64,000 bases of DNA from Minisyncoccota bacterium (GTDB lineage Bacteria; Patescibacteriota; Minisyncoccia; Phycocordibacterales; UBA918): positions 2 through 64,001 of the forward strand of contig JAWKSP010000001.1 of the NCBI GenBank assembly GCA_041389025.1, in the 5' to 3' direction. Below are positions 57,901-64,000 of the stretch, in pieces. The first letter of the stretch is position 1. Each line of letters opens with the position of its first letter. Both the position numbers and the translations under genes were made by a program. Under the pieces are notes generated by a model. That model made no database searches and was not told where the DNA came from. It saw only the letters and a list, made by a program, of their open reading frames with translations.

Positions 57901-57978
57901 GCTGATGCATTAAATGAACAAATGTCCGAAGGACATATTGTGAATTTACTTCTCAATTTTTTCCTTTCCTAGAAAAAA
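57901..57978 (+). repeat. Structured repeat family, copy E (type 2), in the 16S leader
   Basis: taaatgaacaaatgtccgaaggacatattgtgaatttacttctCAATTTTTTcctttcctagAAAAAATTGctaga. Confidence 0.6.
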
Positions 57979-58174
57979 TTGCTAGAAGGCTTATCACAAA
58001 TATTCATTCATTTAAAATGCTTACGTCATACATAATGTTGGGCATTATGTATGAATATTTAATTTTCAAATTTCTATGTTCCGTATTGGTGGTAATTCTT
58101 TTTTTCTATTAACCTTACTTTTTAGCAAAGTGCACAAAAGCAAAGTTACTTACCTCCAACGAACAGTGCTGAGC

Positions 58175-58202
58175 ATTATACAGATATAGAAGAATTATGC
58201 AA
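58175..58202 (-). promoter_or_regulatory. Candidate sigma70-type promoter for the 16S rRNA transcript (TTGCAT-N16-TATAAT on minus strand)
   Basis: Minus-strand sequence cTTGCATaattcttctatatctgTATAATgctc. It lies ~500 nt upstream of the 16S 5' end and downstream of the terminators of the preceding gene. Confidence 0.45.
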
Positions 58203-58221
58203 GCACCTAAAGTGAAAAAGA

Positions 58222-58257
58222 GTAAAAGAAAAAGCCACCGAGTATAACCGGTGGCTA
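58222..58257 (-). terminator. Terminator hairpin (second of two downstream of the lipoprotein LDT gene)
   Basis: agccaccg-agtataac-cggtggct followed on the minus strand by ttttctttt. Confidence 0.45.
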
Positions 58258-58260
58258 AAT

Positions 58261-58300
58261 GTACTTGTGTCGGACGAGCAAGCTCGTCCGACACAAGTAC
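58261..58300 (-). terminator. Long perfect hairpin (19-bp stem) immediately downstream of the LDT gene
   Basis: gtacttgtgtcggacgagc-aa-gctcgtccgacacaagtac. Confidence 0.55.
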
Positions 58301-58328
58301 TACCCCTTTACGAAGTGATCTTATAATT

Positions 58329-59069
58329 TTATTTATAAACAATCACTTCTATATCTTCCGGTTCCACATCCGGTCCTAACAATTCTACCAAATTTTTAAT
58401 GGCTCTATTTTGGAGCCTGGTACAACCAAAAGTTTCAATTTCCCAGAAACGACCGTTGTCAGCATACCCTTCCGTACCGTGAATACGATGTAGCTCCCAA
58501 CCTTTAACATCCCACTTGATTTCAAATTTTACTTCACCCATCGCATTAAGTGGATGACCATAAGGTAAACAACCGAGTGGTAAATGAGCCATAACACGAC
58601 GAATGTTTGATGTCGGACACCAAGTCGGCATCGTGTCTATTTTGGTAACAATTCCTCGCACTACATCTTTTGGTAAAGTATCTGGAGAAGGCGTTACTAC
58701 AGCAAAGCCGATGACAGGCTCATACCCATCAAGTCCACGCCTATAATACGCCAATTCTTTGGTGGTGTAGTTTACCGTTATCACATGCTTTTTGTTAGAC
58801 CAAAAAGACAATTCTTCCTTTGGTACAAACTGACCACCGTAAATTTTTCTTTCACCATTCGGTAAAAGTTCTACAGTAAAACGGCCATACTTTTCCATCG
58901 GGTTTTCAGTTTTTTTTACAGTCCTTACCTCTTTAACTTCTGGTCGGTAAGGTTTTGTCTCAATCGGAGTATCTGCAGAACCAAAATGCATCGTTCCACA
59001 GCCAATTAAAGAAATTATAATTATTAAAAAACAAACTATGCGCCAACAAAGCACAAGAATTTTTTTCAC
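58329..59069 (-). CDS. Lipoprotein L,D-transpeptidase (YkuD domain)
   Basis: Lipobox LIGCG. Catalytic region HRIHGTEGYADNGRFWEIETFGCTRLQNRAI (H-x-n-[ST]-x-GC-x-R). Confidence 0.65.
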   Translation of the reverse strand: MKKILVLCWRIVCFLIIIISLIGCGTMHFGSADTPIETKPYRPEVKEVRTVKKTENPMEKYGRFTVELLPNGERKIYGGQFVPKEELSFWSNKKHVITVNYTTKELAYYRRGLDGYEPVIGFAVVTPSPDTLPKDVVRGIVTKIDTMPTWCPTSNIRRVMAHLPLGCLPYGHPLNAMGEVKFEIKWDVKGWELHRIHGTEGYADNGRFWEIETFGCTRLQNRAIKNLVELLGPDVEPEDIEVIVYK

Positions 59070-59380
59070 GAGAAATTCCCCCTACTAAAAAATTGAACCA
59101 ATCAAAACTATACCACATTTATATAAAAAAGCAAAAACCCTACCGAAGTAGAGTTGCATCTTTTTCTCATATAGATTATACGAGAAAATTTTAAATTTAA
59201 GAACAAACAATATGCAAAGATCAAAAGACGGCAAGTTATGTATAAATAAGGCACGGCAGACAGTCCAGCTGTGGCGGTGCGTTAATTTATAATATAGCGG
59301 CGATTTGATTTATCGGTACAATCTCGGCAGACAGTCTTATTTTAAGCTGTGGCGGAGAGACGGATAGTATGCATATTTTG

Positions 59381-59430
59381 GTTTTGAAAAGAAAAAGTTT
59401 TGATGACGAGCGAGCAAGCTCGCTCGTCAT
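59381..59430 (-). terminator. Rho-independent terminator downstream of 59449..60732
   Basis: atgacgagcgagc-aa-gctcgctcgtcat, 13-bp stem, followed on the minus strand by a T-rich run. Confidence 0.65.
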
Positions 59431-59448
59431 TTGTTGCAATTGCTATTT

Positions 59449-60732
59449 TTAAGACACTTGCTTTAACCTAACTGGAAATAACAGGTCTTGCTTATCAGCT
59501 TTTTTAATCATCTTAACAAGACTTCGGGTATTAATGTCAACAATACGCTCTCTTTTTTCACCAGCGTTTCGCGGTATGTTTACCTTAAGCTGATTTTTAT
59601 TGATGCGAGTAACAGTCACCGTTATTTCAGCAGTATCACTACCAAAAGGTTTAGTGACAAGAACGCTGACACTATTAGTGTCACTATCTTTGTCATAACT
59701 TAAGGAATTGATATTTTCTTTACTAAGTAGATGTTTGTCATGTATGACGATCCCAGATAAATCAACAACCTCCTCATCAACCAACTCTTCCAGATCATCA
59801 ACCTGCTCTTCCAGATCATCAAACCGACCATTTACCGAAGCAAATTTTCTTTTGGTTGATATATTAAATCGCCACAAAGCAATCAAAATACCGATAATAA
59901 TAAGAGACAAAGTACCGAACCCTACAAGACCCCAAATTGGGTATCTCTGCATTTTTCTTAGCTCAGCCTCAACCCTTTGCAGCCCACGAGTAGCCTCACC
60001 AAGTAACTTCTGATGACCTTCTTGCACGCCGACGTTAGTAGAATGACCAAGAGCTAATTCCCTTTGCGCTTGCTCAAGCTTTCCCATCAAAGAGCGTAAC
60101 GACTCCAACTCACCCTCAAGTTCATTAATTTTCTGAACCTTAGTGGCGTTATCAGAGTTTTGTTCTCGCAAACGAGCTATTTCAGCTTCTTGCCTCTTTA
60201 TCCGCTCTTGATTGTCCTGAAACTGCTTGGCAAACAAGTAAGCTGGATCTACTTCAGGTTTGGAGCTGGGTTTGATAATTTTTGTTTCCGTTTTTTCAAC
60301 AGAAACAGGTTCATTATTTGACCCAGCTTGTGAAAAAAAACCTGGTGCAATATGAAACAGTCCTCGGTTATCACGAATCTGAAAAAACTCCTCCACAGTG
60401 AGTTGGGCCGGCAGATTATTGTACTTAACCCACGCTTCCGCACACTTAAGAGGGTTATCCCTTATTCGCTCAGGCAATTTATCGAATGCATAAAACGCTC
60501 GAGTTTCAGCATTCGCACCCATCGTCTCACAGGCAGCCACTCCAAGTGCAAAAGCAAGTCCGTATTGCTGAATCACTTTCGGCACATCTGCATAGTTTAC
60601 AAATTGCTTCATAGCTTCTGGTGTCATTTTAGTAAAAGCTGGTTTTGGCTCAAAGACCTCTTCCGCCACTACCAACAAACTACACGTCAAAAAATAAAAC
60701 AAAATAGCAATTTTAGTGAATTTTTTCATCAC
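59449..60732 (-). CDS. Hypothetical secreted/membrane protein with coiled-coil region and one internal TM
   Basis: Signal peptide MMKKFTKIAILFYFLTCSLLVVA. Coiled coil around EAEIARLREQ...ELESLRSL. TM is IWGLVGFGTLSLIIIGILIALW. Confidence 0.45.
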   Translation of the reverse strand: MMKKFTKIAILFYFLTCSLLVVAEEVFEPKPAFTKMTPEAMKQFVNYADVPKVIQQYGLAFALGVAACETMGANAETRAFYAFDKLPERIRDNPLKCAEAWVKYNNLPAQLTVEEFFQIRDNRGLFHIAPGFFSQAGSNNEPVSVEKTETKIIKPSSKPEVDPAYLFAKQFQDNQERIKRQEAEIARLREQNSDNATKVQKINELEGELESLRSLMGKLEQAQRELALGHSTNVGVQEGHQKLLGEATRGLQRVEAELRKMQRYPIWGLVGFGTLSLIIIGILIALWRFNISTKRKFASVNGRFDDLEEQVDDLEELVDEEVVDLSGIVIHDKHLLSKENINSLSYDKDSDTNSVSVLVTKPFGSDTAEITVTVTRINKNQLKVNIPRNAGEKRERIVDINTRSLVKMIKKADKQDLLFPVRLKQVS

Positions 60733-60883
60733 TTTTTCTCCTTTTCAAAGTTTCAAAGTTCTTCACGAGCTATTCTCGTGTTGGCAATCTTGTACCATAT
60801 TTTTTACAAAAATGCAAGCGTATGGTGTTTGAAATAGAAAAAAGCGGGATGTAAGCGTCCCGCTTTAGTTTTGCAAAATTTTT

Positions 60884-61318
60884 TTACATTTGTTTAGCTG
60901 GCAATCGAAAACCAACTTCGCTTCGGCCAATTTTTAGAAATTGGTCAATTGAAATCAATTCAACGATTCCCACCAAATTCCCGTTGCGATCAATCCTTGC
61001 TAATTCTTCATGTAAGCCGGCATTATAACCAAGGAAAGCATCAGTATAGCCATCGATTGTTCTATACTCTTCTGGTACAAACTTAAGACAATCATTTTTT
61101 TCAGCTTCTTGTCTGGCAAATACACCGAGAATTCTCGGCGAGAATTTGTTGTCATTAATATAATTAGCAAATTTTGCCAGAAAGTCACCCCTACCGAGAC
61201 CGGTCTCAACTATAAATATTTTCTCAAAACAAACGTTATTCTGAGTATTTTGTGCTAAAACTGGTTGAACGAACAATAGTAATGTACAAATCGAAAATAT
61301 AAAAAATACCTTCTTCAT
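60884..61318 (-). CDS. Small secreted hypothetical protein
   Basis: Start at the internal MKKVFFIFSICTLLLFVQPVLAQ (signal peptide). The track ORF extends to 61369. Confidence 0.4.
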   Translation of the reverse strand: MKKVFFIFSICTLLLFVQPVLAQNTQNNVCFEKIFIVETGLGRGDFLAKFANYINDNKFSPRILGVFARQEAEKNDCLKFVPEEYRTIDGYTDAFLGYNAGLHEELARIDRNGNLVGIVELISIDQFLKIGRSEVGFRLPAKQM

Positions 61319-61443
61319 TTCAATACTCCTACTCAAATTAAAAAGTTGGCCTTCTATTTTATAACACATTTTTCACAAAAAAGCAAGAAAAACAGGTGTA
61401 ATGTTTCTACATCACACCTGTTGTTTGTAGTAGGACTAAAAGT

Positions 61444-61956
61444 TTATTTTGCCCACAATATTTGACCACCTGAACCCATAGTGTTACTCATTTCAGTTAT
61501 AGATTCAGACATAGATCCAGATTGAGCCATAGGATTACTAACATTGAACAGACCACAGTTAAATCCACGACACGCTTTAGCTGCCATAGCTTCTCTGAAG
61601 AAGTGACCTTGAATAGCCGCCGCTCCAGTACCACCTAGCACTGCCAGAATGGCTCTGTCGAGAATAGAATCAGATTCAAGTATATGAACAGTCCTCTTCC
61701 AATTACCACTAAGCTGTTCACCGGTTTCAGGATTAACTCCGCCTAAATTTTCGCCAGTAACAGGATCAATTCCTCGCCAGTCGGCAACAACCAGAGTTAC
61801 CACCTTGCCATTCAAATGAGTCCGGTTAGTAACTGTCTCCAGTCTAGCAGAATCAGTTTCTGTACTTGATTTTTTTGTGTAGATGTTTGACGCACATCCT
61901 GACAAAAATAACATCAAAGCTAAAAACAGTAGCAATAGAAACTTATTTCTATTCAT
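61444..61956 (-). CDS. Putative lipoprotein
   Basis: MNRNKFLLLLFLALMLFLSGCASN lipobox. Confidence 0.45.
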   Translation of the reverse strand: MNRNKFLLLLFLALMLFLSGCASNIYTKKSSTETDSARLETVTNRTHLNGKVVTLVVADWRGIDPVTGENLGGVNPETGEQLSGNWKRTVHILESDSILDRAILAVLGGTGAAAIQGHFFREAMAAKACRGFNCGLFNVSNPMAQSGSMSESITEMSNTMGSGGQILWAK

Positions 61957-62314
61957 TTTCTTTTACCTCCTCTTCAATGTAGTATGGTGGTGGACAATCA
62001 GGGTATATATCAACCCTAAGATGTGAAGTTGATGTCGGAAAATATCCAGCACCACCAATACCACCGCCACCATCACAGTTACAAAAACCAACCATGACCG
62101 GTGTAATAAAACCACCACCGCCACTCTGAGTATAATACTTCTCTTCTCTTACTTTACACTCAGGTATTACCAAGACCTGTCTCATAACAACTTCTTTTGG
62201 TGCAGGATCAACTGACAACAAAGTAGACTTTGAACTAATTTTGTTATCAGCCAAAACTAAAGAAGAAAGGCTCAAGAAAACAATTGAAACTAAAACAAAA
62301 ATTTTAATCTTCAT
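61949..62314 (-). CDS. Small secreted Cys/Gly-rich protein
   Basis: Signal peptide MKIKIFVLVSIVFLSLSSLVLA. GGGG runs, CxC motifs. Confidence 0.4.
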   Translation of the reverse strand: MKIKIFVLVSIVFLSLSSLVLADNKISSKSTLLSVDPAPKEVVMRQVLVIPECKVREEKYYTQSGGGGFITPVMVGFCNCDGGGGIGGAGYFPTSTSHLRVDIYPDCPPPYYIEEEVKENE

Positions 62315-62484
62315 TTAAATAACTCCTTCTTTGCAAAGAACACAAAAATAACTGTGTGCCAACCTTTTACCATATTTTTTACAAAAAAGCAACTATGTGG
62401 TGACAAAAAAACGTTGGCCGAATTACTGTGGCCAACGTTTTAATAATACTTATTATTTTGTTTGAAGAAAATTTCCGAAAATTT

Positions 62485-62949
62485 TTACGGCTGATAATTC
62501 TGCCAGAATGCACCTACACCAGCATCAAATATACCATGTGAGCTGGTTACAGCAGTAGACCCAGCCGGACCACCTTCAGTCATTGACTGATTAAAGGCAC
62601 CGGAGTGCGAAGATACGAAGCCTTCAAATCCAACAACCGCTTGGTTATTAGCGCAGTCAGCTGTGCAATCAGAATTTGGCGCAAAAATTGTCCCAGTCGT
62701 ATCGGTGCGAAGTTTCATATTTTCCTCCACTTTGGCAAAGGTTTCAGTTTTAGTGAAATCACCATAACCCCAACCTTCAGAATCAGATTGAACATTGGAA
62801 TTGAATTCTCCAAACCCCACAACTCCAAAAGCTGATTCTCCGGTATTTCCTCCCATGTCCGAACACCCGTATACACAGGTAGCAGAAGCGGTCGCTGAAA
62901 AGAAAAACAGAACAGAAACAACGATAGACAAAAAAATGGTTTTCATCTC
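62485..62949 (-). CDS. Small secreted Cys-containing protein
   Basis: Start at the internal MKTIFLSIVVSVLFFFSATASA. The track ORF extends to 63015. Confidence 0.4.
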   Translation of the reverse strand, partial: EMKTIFLSIVVSVLFFFSATASATCVYGCSDMGGNTGESAFGVVGFGEFNSNVQSDSEGWGYGDFTKTETFAKVEENMKLRTDTTGTIFAPNSDCTADCANNQAVVGFEGFVSSHSGAFNQSMTEGGPAGSTAVTSSHGIFDAGVGAFWQNYQP

Positions 62950-63202
62950 AATTTCCTTTTTAAAAAATTTATTTAAAATAACAAAGTTGGAGTGATGTTG
63001 AGTAACAAAAGTCACCCAACATCGATTTTTGCCCCGCCGAAGCGGGGAGTTTGGCGAATTGTCTAACTAATTTGACTATCCCCACTCCAACGGAACTGGC
63101 ACTAATATACATGGATTTAAAAATATGTCAAGCAAGTAATTGTGAACTTTTGTCAATGTCTAAATTTGCAAAACTTTTAGACTTTTTAAATACTTTTCTA
63201 AT

Positions 63203-63745
63203 TTAGTTGCATAAAAAGTACACAATATTATCATCATCATAAGCACAGGCATTTGAAGAAGTGTTTCCATTTGGTCCACACGAAACCAACACACTAGAGT
63301 TTGTAGCTCCGCCGTCATCTATACCTCGACAACCTCTAGTGTTAGGTCTACACTCGTAATCTTCATCTAGATAATATGGTTCACCCCATGGATCAATTGC
63401 ATTTTTTATATACGGACCTCTCCAACTAGAACCAAAACTTCCATCTGTACCAACAAGACCTGAAGTATTCAAAGATAAATCTTTTTCATTATTACCAGGA
63501 AGAGGGGGTGAAAACGGTGGACAGTAATTAGAGTTTCCATTTGGATATATATTTGTATCTAAATTTAGCATTGTCATAGCTTTAAAGATACTATTAAGTT
63601 CAGCTTGTGCCTTAGCTATTTTGGCTTGCTCCCTCGCATCATTTAGAGATGCTAATACTACCGCTGCTAAAATACCAATAATCGCGATCACTACCAAAAG
63701 TTCTATTAGAGTAAAGCCTTTTATTGAAAAGCTATTTTTTTTCAT
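63203..63745 (-). CDS. Type IV pilin / pseudopilin (prepilin-type N-terminal cleavage/methylation domain)
   Basis: MKKNSFSIKG|FTLIELLVVIAIIGILAA, canonical class III signal (G-1, F+1, E+5). Confidence 0.75.
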   Translation of the reverse strand: MKKNSFSIKGFTLIELLVVIAIIGILAAVVLASLNDAREQAKIAKAQAELNSIFKAMTMLNLDTNIYPNGNSNYCPPFSPPLPGNNEKDLSLNTSGLVGTDGSFGSSWRGPYIKNAIDPWGEPYYLDEDYECRPNTRGCRGIDDGGATNSSVLVSCGPNGNTSSNACAYDDDNIVYFLCN

Positions 63746-63843
63746 AACACTATAAAAATAATTCCTTAAATTATAACATCCTCTGTTACCTAACTAAGCT
63801 TAGTTTTACTATTCCCTAATTATTGGTTGAAATTGATGTAAAA

Positions 63844-64000
63844 ATGGGTACAATGCCAAATACTATGTCTAAAATCGAAACCATTGTTATATCAGTTGGT
63901 GGTTCACTGATAGTACCGGATCAGATTGATACGGCTTTTTTAACCAAACTTAAAAATTTTATTACTGAAGAAACGACCAATAATGGTCGTCGTTTTATTA
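63844..64000 (+). CDS. Partial CDS (N-terminus only): amino-acid kinase family, probably UMP kinase (PyrH-like)
   Basis: ..MSKIETIVISVGGSLIVPDQIDTAFLTKLKNFI resembles the N-terminus of UMP kinases (ISLGGS..). Runs off the window end. Confidence 0.45.
   Translation, partial: MGTMPNTMSKIETIVISVGGSLIVPDQIDTAFLTKLKNFITEETTNNGRRFI

Noticed and set aside
58115-58342. 75-aa minus-strand ORF upstream of the 16S.
   Set aside because: It overlaps two terminator hairpins and the candidate rRNA promoter. AT-rich spurious frame.

Overview
AT-rich (~30-35% GC) bacterial chromosomal window. Its genes lack Shine-Dalgarno sequences and overall it looks like a CPR/Patescibacteria-like genome. That taxonomic call is an inference from gene content and style only.

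Main contents, left to right:
1. Two large secreted surface proteins. One is a partial DUF2341/LamG-like CDS at the left edge. The other is a 1617-aa repeat-rich fibre/adhesin-like protein with near-identical intragenic DNA repeats.
2. Housekeeping genes: gatB, obg, secA, murB, murC, a murD-NUDIX fusion, rsmI and a yvcK-family gene.
3. A cell-surface glycan or glycosylation locus. It has a Wzy_C (O-antigen-ligase-like) membrane protein with C-terminal TPR repeats, a Wzx-like flippase, and a ~15 kb block of glycosyltransferases (GT2 x3, GT4, GT25, GT32-like, two DUF1792/GT-D-like paralogues). The block also holds sugar-modifying enzymes: a 4,6-dehydratase-like SDR, an RmlD-like reductase, a formyltransferase, two FkbM methyltransferases and a SAM methyltransferase.
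4. An apparently foreign mini-island. It consists of a ~48% GC gene with a strong SD, next to an IS982-family element with 20-bp terminal IRs, a 6-bp TSD and a frameshifted transposase.
5. A VirD4/TraD-like coupling ATPase followed by a lamin-tail-domain protein. There is also an L,D-transpeptidase fused to a DD-carboxypeptidase, a hicAB pair, and adjacent NYN and 2H-phosphoesterase genes.
6. tRNA-Ile(GAU). Its acceptor stem is extended by 13 extra base pairs of flanking complementarity.
7. A stand-alone 16S rRNA gene on the minus strand, with its own terminator and no 23S nearby. It carries a ~270-nt insertion in the helix-10 region, closed by a 21-bp perfect helix, and the insertion encodes a GIY-YIG endonuclease-like ORF. 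The 16S 3' end appears to lack the canonical CCUCC anti-SD.
8. A family of ~75-90-nt structured repeats, five copies at three loci, with covarying hairpin stems. They sit in the 16S leader, downstream of tRNA-Ile and at the 3' end of rsmI.
9. A type IV pilin gene with a cluster of small secreted Cys/Gly-rich proteins, and a partial amino-acid-kinase (UMP-kinase-like) CDS at the right edge.
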